Positions 44,528 to 53,368 of a DNA stretch of 64,000 bases are shown piece after piece. Below the pieces are notes generated by a model. It made no database searches. It was not told where the DNA came from and saw only the letters and a program-made list of their open reading frames with translations. Made by a program: the position numbers and the translations under genes. The DNA is from Eubacteriales bacterium. Lineage in GTDB: Bacteria; Bacillota; Clostridia; Oscillospirales; CAG-272. The DNA is taken from the NCBI GenBank assembly GCA_045540755.1, contig JAZQHV010000073.1, positions 2,434-66,433 on the forward strand. The letters are read 5' to 3'. How positions within the stretch are numbered: position 1 is the stretch's first letter; every line of letters starts with the position of its first letter.

Positions 44528-47500
44528 TTATCCTTTTGCTCTTTCGCCCTGCAATGCAATGCGGGTAAAGATTACGCAAGCCTCACTTCTCTTGATAGAG
44601 TCGTTCGGGCGGTAATTGCCCGTGCCCGCGTCGCCGCCGACGATGCCCGCGTTGTACAGCTTTGCAACTGCCTTGTAGCAGGACATATCCTCGGTAACGT
44701 CGGGATTCGAGCCGCGGCGGACTGCCGTGTACTCGCTTTCGGGAAGTACGTTTGCAAAGACGATCGCCATATCACCTCTGGTGATGTTGGCATCGAGGTT
44801 TGCAAACTGACCTGCGGTGATGATACCGTTCTGTACGCAGTATTCTACGTAAGGATCGTACCACTTTTCTCCTGCGGCCGCCGCGCGGACTTCCTTTGCA
44901 TTGTAGATCTTGTGGATGTTGGTCGCCGCGGTCAGTGCCTGTGCAACCGTAAAGGTATTGTCCGGCGAGAACTTGGTGTTCGAGGTGCCGTTGGCAAGGC
45001 CGATGCGGTATGCCTTTTCCACAAAGGAGAAGAACCAGTGTGCATTCGTAACGTCGGTGAATCTGCCGTCGTACTCTCTCGTAAAGGCAAAGGTCTCCTT
45101 TGCCGCGTCCGTCTTGTCAAAGCCGACGATACGCTTTGCGATGGGCAACGGATTTGCCTTTGCGGTGTACACGGTGGAGACGGGAGCGGGATGACCCGAA
45201 CGGTTACCGATGACTACGCCCTCTTCGGTGAAGTAGTACGGCTCCACGTATGCACGGCGGTTGTTGTCGCCCTTGGGATATGCATGGTAGCAGATCCAAC
45301 CCTGACCGTCAGTGTCGGTGACGTAGGATGCGTGTCCGCAACCCGTCAGCTCTGCCGACTGCGAGAAGATGGAGGTCGGCTTCTTCGACCAGCTTGCGGG
45401 ATCGGTGGGATCGCCGTTCGGACCGCCGATATAGGTCAGCTGACCGAGCTGGTACTTCGCCGTCCAGTAACCGGAGCCGGAGTAGATGATGTAGACCTCA
45501 CCGTTCGGACCGTATACGGCGGTAGAGCCCTCAACGACCTGCGGGTGGATGCCGTCCTCACTGCCGCCCTTTTCCCAATCGTACTCGGGCTTGCAGATGA
45601 CGGTAGGCTGACCCTCAATAGTCCAGGGGTTGGTGAACTTTGCAATGTTGATGGTCTGGTAGAAGTTCATATCCGCGGTGCCGCTGGTCTCTCTGCCCAC
45701 CTCGCTGATGAAGGTGATATACTTGACACCGTTGATGGTGATGACCGAGCAACCGCCCGTCAGCTCGTTGACGTTGAAGTCGCTGTCGGGGAACTGGATC
45801 TTCTGGGGAACGTTCGGCTCACCCGTGATGGGGTGACCCCAGGGTCCCTGCAGATCGTCGGTGAGGCACTTGATGACGTGTGCACGCTGCTCGCCAAAGC
45901 CTGCGGGATCGTCCACAGCGCCGTTGGCCTCATGCCAAGCATCATCGGGCTGGCTGCCGAGGAAGCAGTACCAACCTGCATACTCCGCGCCGATCTCCTC
46001 AGCCGAGAAGTAATGGATCTCGGGCGACCAGAGATGCGCCGACCATTCGTGTCCTTTTTCGGGCTTGTAGATCTGCTTGCTCTCTGCCTTCAGCAGATCG
46101 GAAAGGTTGGGCGCCTTTGCAAGCTGCAGGCCCTTGCCTGCCGCGGTTGCAATGTAGTAGTAATAGCCGTCGTGGAAGAAGAGCCACGGGTCTGCGCCGT
46201 TGGGGCTCTCACGCACAAGGCTGGTGAAGCTGGTGGTGCCGACTACGTCCGCGTTGATGTCCACGTTTTCGCCGACCGAGAGCGTGGAGGTGATCTCGCC
46301 CTTCAGCCCCTCGGTGCCCACAAACTCAGTGGTATGCACGGGGTTCTGGTCGCGGATGATCACGTTGTAGGTACCGTTGAAGGAACCGAATTCAGTGCTG
46401 GTGGGGCGAACTCTGCCGTAAATATCTCCGTCGTTGACCTCAATGGTCATGTTACCGGTAAAGGAGTACTCGTCCTTGCTCATTGCCGCGCCGGTGATGC
46501 CGGCAACAAAGGTACCGCCGTTGACAACGAGCGTAAGGTCGCCCGTGTGCGTAGAAGCGGTGCTGAGCGTAACGGTCTCTGCAAAATAACCGTCGTTGAT
46601 GGTCATATGCACGTTGGCGTTCACGGGAATACCCGTGGAGTTGCCGAGACGGACTCTCTGCCAGTTACCGCCGTTGACGACGATCTCACAGGCAACGTCC
46701 TGTACCGCCTCATAGGTACCGCCGACAAGGCTGGGGTAATGCAGAACGGTGCCTGCATAGTCGGTCACAACGTCTGCACCGACAAACAGATCGTTATAGG
46801 CTGCAAGGATGCCGCCGTAGGACTTCTTGTTGGTGATACGCAGCCCGTCGATCACGGTGTCGCCGCCGAGATAGATGTTCTGCGTGATGATGAGGGCGGC
46901 ATCCGCGCTCTTGCGGTAGTCCACGCCGTCATATACGGAGGTAATGGTGATCTCGCCTGCGTGCTTCGGTACGATAAAGCCGGAACCGGTAGACGAGAAT
47001 ACAGGGGTTACGTAGGGGCCAACCAAAACGATGGTACCGTTGTTGTCGCCGATAGCTGCAAACGCATCCGCAAGGCTGTTGCCTGCCGCATTTGCCGAGG
47101 TACCGTTGCCGTTACCCGCATCGCTGAGGAAGTACACAACGTCGGTTCTCGCCTTGAAGATAGAGGCGGCCGCGCCGAGGGAATCTACCGTGAACTTTGC
47201 GGTGTCGAGCTGAAGCTCGCCCGTTACGTTCGTGCCCTCTACGGCATATTCCTTGACCTCACCGCCGTAGAGCAGATAGGAAAGCTCCTTTGTAACGTTA
47301 TTAAAGGTGATCTTATCGACCGTACCGCCGCTGACTGCAAGCTTTGCGGTCGCGATGGAGGAGTCGGTGGTCTTGACCGCGCCGACCTTACCGCTGAGGA
47401 TCTCCAGGGTAAATGCATCGGTGCCGCCCGTGACCGAGCCGACCTCTGCGCCGTTGATCAGCACGTAGCCCGCATCGGTAACGGTGCCGATCTTACCGGC

Positions 47501-48922
47501 ATACAGCTCTGCAGAGCCGATGACGTTGTAGGTAAAGTATGCGCCGACCGAGGCGTCGATCACCGCGGTGCCGTTTTTGGCATTGAGTGTACCCTTGCCG
47601 CTAAGGCGCATGTCGCGGAACTCGGTCTTGCCGCCGAAGGTGTAGGTACCGTCGATCTCCAGCGTTGCCGTGGAGGAAGCGCCCTCGATCACGATGGTAT
47701 TGTCGTGTGCAGGCTCAGTAAACTCGGTGAGTTTCTGCGTGCCGATCAGCACGATCACGCTCTCCGCCTCGCTTGCGATCTTGACAGCGTTCTCAAAGGA
47801 GGTGGGATCGTCCTCGCTTGCACCGGTGCCGCTTGCACCCGACTTTGCATAGACCTTGGAGATGTTTTCCACGTTGTCAAATGCCGCGCCGAAGGCAGCG
47901 ATCTCTTCCTTGGTGTAATACTGTGCGTTATAGTACAGCGTATCGGGCTTGTTTGCCTTGCGCGCATTGGTGGTCTGCTCGGCATTGGCATAGGTCATGT
48001 CCACAGAGCCGACCTTAGCGCCGTCCAGCGTCAGCGTAGCCGTGCCGATGACGTTGTTCATGTGCACGTCGCCGACGGTACCGCCGCTGAGGGTGACCGT
48101 TCCGTCGCTTTCGAGACGGCGGGTAGCATCGCCTGCCGCGTAGAGCACACCAACCTCACCGCCCGTGATGTTGATGACTGCACTGGTAGAGATCTGGTTT
48201 GCATACGAGCCACCGAACATCTTGGCGACCTTGCCGCCGCTCATTTCGATGTGGTTGGTGCCAAAGTACGTGGTACCCGAGGCGCCCGTACCCTTCTGGC
48301 GCGAGCCGCCGATAACGTATTCGAAATCGCCGCCGCGAATGGTGATGTGCGAATCCTTGGTGGTATCGAAATCGTCCAGAGGGCTCTGCCAGCCGCCGAC
48401 GATGTAAAGCACGTTTGCATCCGCATCAAGGCGCTTGAACCGAATGCCCTCGCCAAAGGTGATGTGGTTGTACTGTGCGACGAAGACAACAGACTTTGTG
48501 TACTCAAAGGTCATGTTGTCAAAGGTGGTGTCGCCGTAGAGATAATAGCGCAGACCCGAGCCGTAGACGATCTTTGCGCCCACGGTCTCCGCATAGTCGG
48601 TCGTCTCATCCTTGGTGGTGAGGACAAACTCTACGTCGGGATGCTCGATCTCCTTGACCGTCTTGGGGATAGAATAAGCGTTGGTAAAGACAAGGTATGC
48701 CTTATCATAACCTGCATTCGCACCCAAACGGCATGCCTGCGTAAAGGTTCTGACTGCATTCTCGGGCGATTCGCCGTCACTGCGGTCATTACCGGTCTCA
48801 GAGTTGACGTAGAGATAAATTGCGTCCTCTGCCGACACGGTCAGCACCGTCAGCGCCGTCAAAAGCGCCAGGGTGAAGAGGATCACCGCAAAAAAGCGGA
48901 GATTCTTGTTGGTTTTTTGCAT
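44528..48922 (-). CDS. P3: secreted protein with three beta-helix-like modules, a GH43-like core and 3x SLH domains (1464 aa)
   Basis: GAGGGA RBS. Signal peptide ...LTALTVLTVSAE. ITITSVYDGVDY. GH43 motifs NGADPWLFF, LWSPEIHYF, QVVEGSTAVY, TGCGHASYV. SLH repeats at the C-terminus. Confidence 0.75.
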   Translation of the reverse strand: MQKTNKNLRFFAVILFTLALLTALTVLTVSAEDAIYLYVNSETGNDRSDGESPENAVRTFTQACRLGANAGYDKAYLVFTNAYSIPKTVKEIEHPDVEFVLTTKDETTDYAETVGAKIVYGSGLRYYLYGDTTFDNMTFEYTKSVVFVAQYNHITFGEGIRFKRLDADANVLYIVGGWQSPLDDFDTTKDSHITIRGGDFEYVIGGSRQKGTGASGTTYFGTNHIEMSGGKVAKMFGGSYANQISTSAVINITGGEVGVLYAAGDATRRLESDGTVTLSGGTVGDVHMNNVIGTATLTLDGAKVGSVDMTYANAEQTTNARKANKPDTLYYNAQYYTKEEIAAFGAAFDNVENISKVYAKSGASGTGASEDDPTSFENAVKIASEAESVIVLIGTQKLTEFTEPAHDNTIVIEGASSTATLEIDGTYTFGGKTEFRDMRLSGKGTLNAKNGTAVIDASVGAYFTYNVIGSAELYAGKIGTVTDAGYVLINGAEVGSVTGGTDAFTLEILSGKVGAVKTTDSSIATAKLAVSGGTVDKITFNNVTKELSYLLYGGEVKEYAVEGTNVTGELQLDTAKFTVDSLGAAASIFKARTDVVYFLSDAGNGNGTSANAAGNSLADAFAAIGDNNGTIVLVGPYVTPVFSSTGSGFIVPKHAGEITITSVYDGVDYRKSADAALIITQNIYLGGDTVIDGLRITNKKSYGGILAAYNDLFVGADVVTDYAGTVLHYPSLVGGTYEAVQDVACEIVVNGGNWQRVRLGNSTGIPVNANVHMTINDGYFAETVTLSTASTHTGDLTLVVNGGTFVAGITGAAMSKDEYSFTGNMTIEVNDGDIYGRVRPTSTEFGSFNGTYNVIIRDQNPVHTTEFVGTEGLKGEITSTLSVGENVDINADVVGTTSFTSLVRESPNGADPWLFFHDGYYYYIATAAGKGLQLAKAPNLSDLLKAESKQIYKPEKGHEWSAHLWSPEIHYFSAEEIGAEYAGWYCFLGSQPDDAWHEANGAVDDPAGFGEQRAHVIKCLTDDLQGPWGHPITGEPNVPQKIQFPDSDFNVNELTGGCSVITINGVKYITFISEVGRETSGTADMNFYQTINIAKFTNPWTIEGQPTVICKPEYDWEKGGSEDGIHPQVVEGSTAVYGPNGEVYIIYSGSGYWTAKYQLGQLTYIGGPNGDPTDPASWSKKPTSIFSQSAELTGCGHASYVTDTDGQGWICYHAYPKGDNNRRAYVEPYYFTEEGVVIGNRSGHPAPVSTVYTAKANPLPIAKRIVGFDKTDAAKETFAFTREYDGRFTDVTNAHWFFSFVEKAYRIGLANGTSNTKFSPDNTFTVAQALTAATNIHKIYNAKEVRAAAAGEKWYDPYVEYCVQNGIITAGQFANLDANITRGDMAIVFANVLPESEYTAVRRGSNPDVTEDMSCYKAVAKLYNAGIVGGDAGTGNYRPNDSIKRSEACVIFTRIALQGERAKG
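44531..45061 (-). other. three SLH (S-layer homology) repeats (C-terminus of P3)
   Basis: FTDVTNAHWFFSFVEKAYRIGLANGTSNTKFSPDNTFTVAQAL; ...WYDPYVEYCVQNGIITAG...ITRGDMAIVF; NPDVTEDMSCYKAVAKLYNAGIVGGDAGTGNYRPNDSIKRSEACVIF. Confidence 0.65.
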
Positions 48923-48960
48923 AAAAGTCCCTCTCTTCTCAAAAAATTTGTTTACAATTC

Positions 48961-48989
48961 ATTATAACACACGCTTGCCGCATGTGCAA
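48961..48989 (-). promoter_or_regulatory. near-consensus promoter of P3
   Basis: Minus strand: TTGCAC, 17 nt, TGtTATAAT. About 35 nt upstream of ATG 48922. Confidence 0.6.
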
Positions 48990-49094
48990 CGAAAAAAATC
49001 CTTTCCTTCTTGTAAAATCTTTGTGTTGCCGTGCAAAAACAGATTTTCTTCAGTTGCACTTTTTGCACTTTACGATATTTTTGCAGATTATGAT

Positions 49095-49123
49095 ACAAAA
49101 AAGACCGCCGAAGCGGTCTTTTT
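49095..49123 (-). terminator. intrinsic terminator of P4
   Basis: AAAAAAGACCGC-cgaa-GCGGTCTTTTT. A T-run follows on the minus strand. Confidence 0.8.
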
Positions 49124-49124
49124 G

Positions 49125-52100
49125 TTATTTTGTAAGCGTAGCCGTACTGGTCGCACCGTCCCATGCAACTTCGGCGCCGAGGTTTTCGGCAACGAAACGC
49201 ACGGGGAGATAGGTGCGACTCTTTTCGATAAACGCGGGAGAATCCAGTTTGACCTCGGCGCCGTTGACCTTTGCCGTCGCCTTGCCGATAACGATCTCAA
49301 TAGAGGTTGTTTCGGTCTTGACGGTGACAGTGCTCGTAGTGCCATCCCAGCCGACCGTAGCCCCAAGGCTCTCGGCAACAAAGCGTACGGGAAGCATGGT
49401 ACGGGAATTGCGGATCACGGGCGCGGCATCCAGTCCGCGCGGCGCATCGTTGACATAGCCTGTGAGGTCGCCGATGGTAAGACGCACCACCGCCCTGCCT
49501 GCCGCAACCGTTTTTTCGCTGTCAAAGCCACGGATGCGCTTTGCAAGCGGAAGCGGATTGTACGCCGCTTTCTGCAACGCATTAAGCGGTGCGGGATGTC
49601 CGCTACCGTCTGCAACAACGATGCCGTTTTTGTCAGCCGTATACGGCTCTGCAAACGCAAAGCGTCCGCTGCTGGTATCTTTTCCGATATAGGCATGGTA
49701 ACATACCCATCTCTGCCCCGCCGTGTCGGTCACGTAAGAGGCGTGTCCGCAACCGTTGATCTCTGCCGATTTGTAAAGGAAGGGCTCTTTTGCCTTTTCC
49801 CACGAGGTGATCTCCAAAGGATCGCCGCCGATATATTTCAGAGTCGCAAGGCAGTATTCGGTCGTCCAGTAGCCACTGCCCGAGTAAACGATATAGACAG
49901 TGCCGTCGTCGGCATAGACTGCGGTTGCGCCCTCCACGACCTCGGGAGCACTGCCCGTTCCGCCACCCTTTTCCCACGCATACTCGGGATAGCAGATGAC
50001 CTTGGACTCGCCGACGATCGTCCACGGATTGGTCATTTCCACGATGTTGATGGTCTGGTAGAACTTTTCACCCTCGGTGTATCTGCCGCGCTCGGTGACG
50101 TAGAGCATATAGAGTTTGCCGTTTACGCGCACCTCGCTCATGCCTGCCGCCCACGTATCCGCAAAATCGGGGATCGCCTCTGCCGTTACCACCGCAGGCA
50201 CGTTCACCTCACCCGTGACGGGATGTCCCCATCTGCCAAGGAGATCGTCCCCGTCAAGACACTTGGCAACGTACATACGGTGATAAATATTCTCGCCGTT
50301 GTCGCACGCCATAAACAGATACCAGCCGCCGTTCCCCTTGCCGATCTCTTCATCCGTGTAATAGTGGATCTCGGGCGACCAGAGACTGCGCGACCACATG
50401 TGTCCGTCCTCGGGATCGTAGACAGTCTTATACTCGGCGTACTTAAGGTCACCGATGTTTGCCGCGCGGGCGAGACCGATCGTGCTACCCGTGGTCGCGG
50501 TGTAATAATAGTAGTCGTCACAATAGAACAACCACGGATCCGCGCCATTCGAGCGAATGGGATTGGTAAAAGAATAGCTGCCCGTGATCTCGGCATCGAG
50601 GTCGATATTCTCCGCCACGGCAAGCGTGGAGGTCATCGTGCCGAGCCCGTCCGCACCCACGATCTCGGTGAGATGCGCAAGGTTGCCGCCGAGAATGTTC
50701 AACGTATAGCTGCCGCTGTAAGTACCTACCGCAGAATTTGCCACCTTGATGTACCTGTGGACCGTGCCGCCCGTAACCGTAAACGTAACGTTACTGTTCA
50801 AGGCATGCGTATGATTCGAAAGCGTGGAGGCAAGGATGCCTGCACGGAACTCGCCACCGTGGATCTCTGCGGTGATGTCGCCGTCATGGGAAAGCGAACT
50901 GCCAAGCGTGACCGTCTCCATAAACGTACCGCCGTAGATCCGCAGATTTACCTTGGTATTTTTACTGCCGTCCGCCGCCGTGCCGCCGCGCACTCTCTGC
51001 CACGTGCCGCTGTGGATGGCGAGGTCGGTCGTCTTGTCCGTAAGTGCCTGCTGATTGCCGCCCATGACCGAAAGATAGGTCTCACTGACGGTGTCTGCGA
51101 TCGAGGTGATATTCTCTCCGAGCACCAGCGGATGTGCATTTGCATAGATGGAAACGTATTTTCCACCCGCGCGAAGCGTGATATCGCAAAACTCGGTCTC
51201 GCCGCCGCAGTAGAAGTTCTTGGCAAGCACCAGCTCCGCGCCGTTCGTCACGCGGTAATCCACGCTTTCGTAGACGCTGGTAATGGTAATCTTCTTCTGA
51301 TTCACGCCCATGTTAAACGCAGTGGCAACCGTGTACTTTCCGCATATAACGATCTTGCCGCCGCTCTGTGCAAGCGCGGCGTAGGCATCCACAAGCGAAG
51401 AGGAGGGCGAGCTTGCGCTCATACCGCTGCCTTTCGCACCGTCGGCAAGGAAGAATACCCGTTCACCGCCTCTGCCGAAGAGGTCTGCCGCTTCGCCGAG
51501 GCTTTCCGCGGTGAAATACCGTTCGTCGAGCGTGAGCGTTCCCTTTACGGTTTCGCCCGCGATCTCAAACGCGCCGATCGAACCGCCGACAAGCGTGCAG
51601 GAAAGCGCCTCGGTGATATTGCGGAAAACGACCTTCTCCACACTGCCGCCGCCGACGGTCAGGGCAAAGCGTTTTGCCGCCGCGGAATCCACCGTGCCTA
51701 CTTTGCCGCCGTGGATCTCAACGGTCGCATCCGTGCCACCGTCAATGCTACCGACCGTCGCGCCCGAAACCAGAACGTGCTTTGCCGCGATGATCTCGTC
51801 ATACGTACCCGTGTACAGATGTGCACTGCCCGAGACACGGACGTTCAGCGGTGTTGCCGTTTTTTCTACGATGAGACAGCCGTCTTTCGCATCGAAAGCG
51901 CCACTGACCGTTACGTTTTGGAAAGCAGTCTCGCCCGAAAGCGTGTAGGTGCCGCCGATCTCCAGCGTTGCGCCGCTATCCATACCGGTCACGGTAATGC
52001 AGTTTGCATGCACAGGCTCGGTAACGTCCTGTACCCGCACTCTGCCGATGAGGGTGATGACCGCATCCTTCTCCGCCGCCATCTGCAAAGCGGTTGCAAA

Positions 52101-53183
52101 CGAGGTGGGGGTATTCTCGCTTCTGCCGTCGCCGTCGGCACCGGCTTTGACGTAGATCACGGCGTTGTTCTGCACGGAATCAAAGCCGTTGATCGCCGCA
52201 ATTTCCGCTACGGTATAATACAGTGCATCATAGGTGAGCGATTTTACCGACTTTGCCTTGACGTGCAGTTCGTCCACCTCGCTGTTATAGTAGGAAACGT
52301 CTACGGTGCCGACCTTGGTGCCGAGCAGCTGCACGTCGGCATTGCCAATGACGTTGTTGACGTGCAATGCCCCGATCTCACCGCCTGTAAGGGTGACCGT
52401 TGCCGTACCGTTCAGACGGCGGGAAAGGTCGCCGCCAACGTGGAAATTCTTCACCTTGCCGCCCGTCATGGTAAGAACGGCGTTTCGGCTCCAGTTATGC
52501 TGCACGGAAGCGCCGTAAAGATTCTCGATCTCGCCGCCCGCAACCGTGATATAATGCGTGCCTTGCAGTTCAAGACCGCTTCCCTCCGCCGCCTTTTGAC
52601 GAGAACCGCCGATGACGTTGAGGAACGAGCCGCTTTGGATGGTGATGTGCGAGTCAAGCTCGGTCGCCTTGCCGTCCTCGGGGCTCTGCCAGCCGCCGAC
52701 CACGTACAGACCGCTCACGGTGTTATCGAGGCGCACGGTATTGACACCGCCACCGAAAGTAATGCGGTTATACTGCGCCACGCAGTTGAGCGTGCCGCTG
52801 TACTCGACCGTGATATTCTCAAAAGCGGTATCGCCTAAAAGTACGTACCGCAGATTTTTTCCAAAAGTGACTTTTGCACCGCTTGCGCCGTAATCGGTCA
52901 CATCGTCCTTTGTCGTAACCACAAACGGAACCGTATGCGGGATCTCGTTTACGGTCGCGGGAAACGAATACGCATTCGTGATGACGATATACGCCTTGTC
53001 CGCGCCCGATTCCTCCGCCAGACGGCACGCCTGCGTAAAGGTCTTGACCGCCGCCACCGCCGACAAACCGTTTGCGCCGTCATCACCGTTTTCGGAATTA
53101 ACGTAAATATACGCATGTTCAGCCGCAAATGCCGTGAGTGTCAGCATGGTGAGTACCAGTAAAAAAACAAATACTTTTTTCAT
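49125..53183 (-). CDS. P4: secreted protein with three beta-helix-like modules, a GH43-like core and 2x Cu-amine-oxidase-N1 (stalk) repeats (1352 aa)
   Basis: Start MKKVFVFLLVL at 53183 (GAGGTG RBS), signal peptide ...TLTAFAAE. ITITSVYESVDY. GH43 motifs NGADPWLFY, LWSPEIHYY, EVVEGATAVY, NGCGHASYV. Confidence 0.75.
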   Translation of the reverse strand: MKKVFVFLLVLTMLTLTAFAAEHAYIYVNSENGDDGANGLSAVAAVKTFTQACRLAEESGADKAYIVITNAYSFPATVNEIPHTVPFVVTTKDDVTDYGASGAKVTFGKNLRYVLLGDTAFENITVEYSGTLNCVAQYNRITFGGGVNTVRLDNTVSGLYVVGGWQSPEDGKATELDSHITIQSGSFLNVIGGSRQKAAEGSGLELQGTHYITVAGGEIENLYGASVQHNWSRNAVLTMTGGKVKNFHVGGDLSRRLNGTATVTLTGGEIGALHVNNVIGNADVQLLGTKVGTVDVSYYNSEVDELHVKAKSVKSLTYDALYYTVAEIAAINGFDSVQNNAVIYVKAGADGDGRSENTPTSFATALQMAAEKDAVITLIGRVRVQDVTEPVHANCITVTGMDSGATLEIGGTYTLSGETAFQNVTVSGAFDAKDGCLIVEKTATPLNVRVSGSAHLYTGTYDEIIAAKHVLVSGATVGSIDGGTDATVEIHGGKVGTVDSAAAKRFALTVGGGSVEKVVFRNITEALSCTLVGGSIGAFEIAGETVKGTLTLDERYFTAESLGEAADLFGRGGERVFFLADGAKGSGMSASSPSSSLVDAYAALAQSGGKIVICGKYTVATAFNMGVNQKKITITSVYESVDYRVTNGAELVLAKNFYCGGETEFCDITLRAGGKYVSIYANAHPLVLGENITSIADTVSETYLSVMGGNQQALTDKTTDLAIHSGTWQRVRGGTAADGSKNTKVNLRIYGGTFMETVTLGSSLSHDGDITAEIHGGEFRAGILASTLSNHTHALNSNVTFTVTGGTVHRYIKVANSAVGTYSGSYTLNILGGNLAHLTEIVGADGLGTMTSTLAVAENIDLDAEITGSYSFTNPIRSNGADPWLFYCDDYYYYTATTGSTIGLARAANIGDLKYAEYKTVYDPEDGHMWSRSLWSPEIHYYTDEEIGKGNGGWYLFMACDNGENIYHRMYVAKCLDGDDLLGRWGHPVTGEVNVPAVVTAEAIPDFADTWAAGMSEVRVNGKLYMLYVTERGRYTEGEKFYQTINIVEMTNPWTIVGESKVICYPEYAWEKGGGTGSAPEVVEGATAVYADDGTVYIVYSGSGYWTTEYCLATLKYIGGDPLEITSWEKAKEPFLYKSAEINGCGHASYVTDTAGQRWVCYHAYIGKDTSSGRFAFAEPYTADKNGIVVADGSGHPAPLNALQKAAYNPLPLAKRIRGFDSEKTVAAGRAVVRLTIGDLTGYVNDAPRGLDAAPVIRNSRTMLPVRFVAESLGATVGWDGTTSTVTVKTETTSIEIVIGKATAKVNGAEVKLDSPAFIEKSRTYLPVRFVAENLGAEVAWDGATSTATLTK
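49128..49493 (-). other. two Cu_amine_oxidN1-like stalk repeats (C-terminus of P4)
   Basis: ...LDAAPVIRNSRTMLPVRFVAESLGATVGWDGTTSTVTV... and ...LDSPAFIEKSRTYLPVRFVAENLGAEVAWDGATSTATLTK. Confidence 0.65.
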
Positions 53184-53213
53184 AGTGCACCTCATTTGGG
53201 GGTAGATATATGT

Positions 53214-53243
53214 ATTATATCATAGAGAAAAGTCATTTTTCCA
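53214..53243 (-). promoter_or_regulatory. candidate promoter of P4
   Basis: Minus strand: TGGAAA, 18 nt, TGaTATAAT (strong extended -10, weak -35). Confidence 0.35.
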
Positions 53244-53282
53244 TAAAAATTCAGCGAAATCTCCAAAAAGTTCGTACAAGCC

Positions 53283-53311
53283 TTGCACCGCTTTAAAAAA
53301 GGTGCTAAAAT
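53283..53311 (+). promoter_or_regulatory. promoter of the preQ1 riboswitch-queT transcript
   Basis: TTGCAC (53283-53288), 17 nt, TGcTAAAAT (53303-53311). The predicted TSS coincides with the riboswitch 5' end. Confidence 0.6.
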
Positions 53312-53318
53312 ACCCCTT

Positions 53319-53360
53319 GTGAGTTCGAAACCTTCCTCACGTAAAACAAAACTAAAGGAG
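53319..53360 (+). promoter_or_regulatory. preQ1-I riboswitch (translational, SD-sequestering)
   Basis: GUGAG-UUCGAAACCUUC-CUCAC-GUAAAACAAAACUAAAGGAG. It has a 5-bp P1, a loop starting UUC, and an A-rich tail ending in CUAAAGG. The tail AAGG (the SD) can pair with the loop CCUU (P2). It sits directly upstream of queT, the classic preQ1-regulated gene. Confidence 0.8.
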
Positions 53361-53368
53361 AACCGAAT

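Noticed and set aside
40836-52838. Plus-strand ORFs of 1197, 1481 and 1321 aa (40836-44429, 44522-48967, 48873-52838) as real genes. The same applies to shorter antisense ORFs opposite oadB (2740-3777), cpsB/D (24599-26017), alaX (26895-28055), fhs (35814-36920), the esterase (20531-21547), the SBP (60749-62215) and both GH78 genes.
   Set aside because: Each is codon-aligned antisense to a gene with clear family motifs, a signal peptide and an RBS. Their translations are Arg/Ala/Val/Asp/Cys-rich with no recognisable motifs and no RBS. Openness is explained by avoidance of TTA/CTA/TCA in the sense genes. The codon-avoidance anomaly itself is kept as a finding.
53285-53305. Hairpin GCACC-gctttaaaaaa-GGTGC upstream of queT as a terminator or as a P0 stem of the riboswitch.
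   Set aside because: It lies within the region spanning the proposed -35 hexamer and the extended -10 TG motif, so it is upstream of the predicted transcription start. It has no T-run and is probably coincidental.
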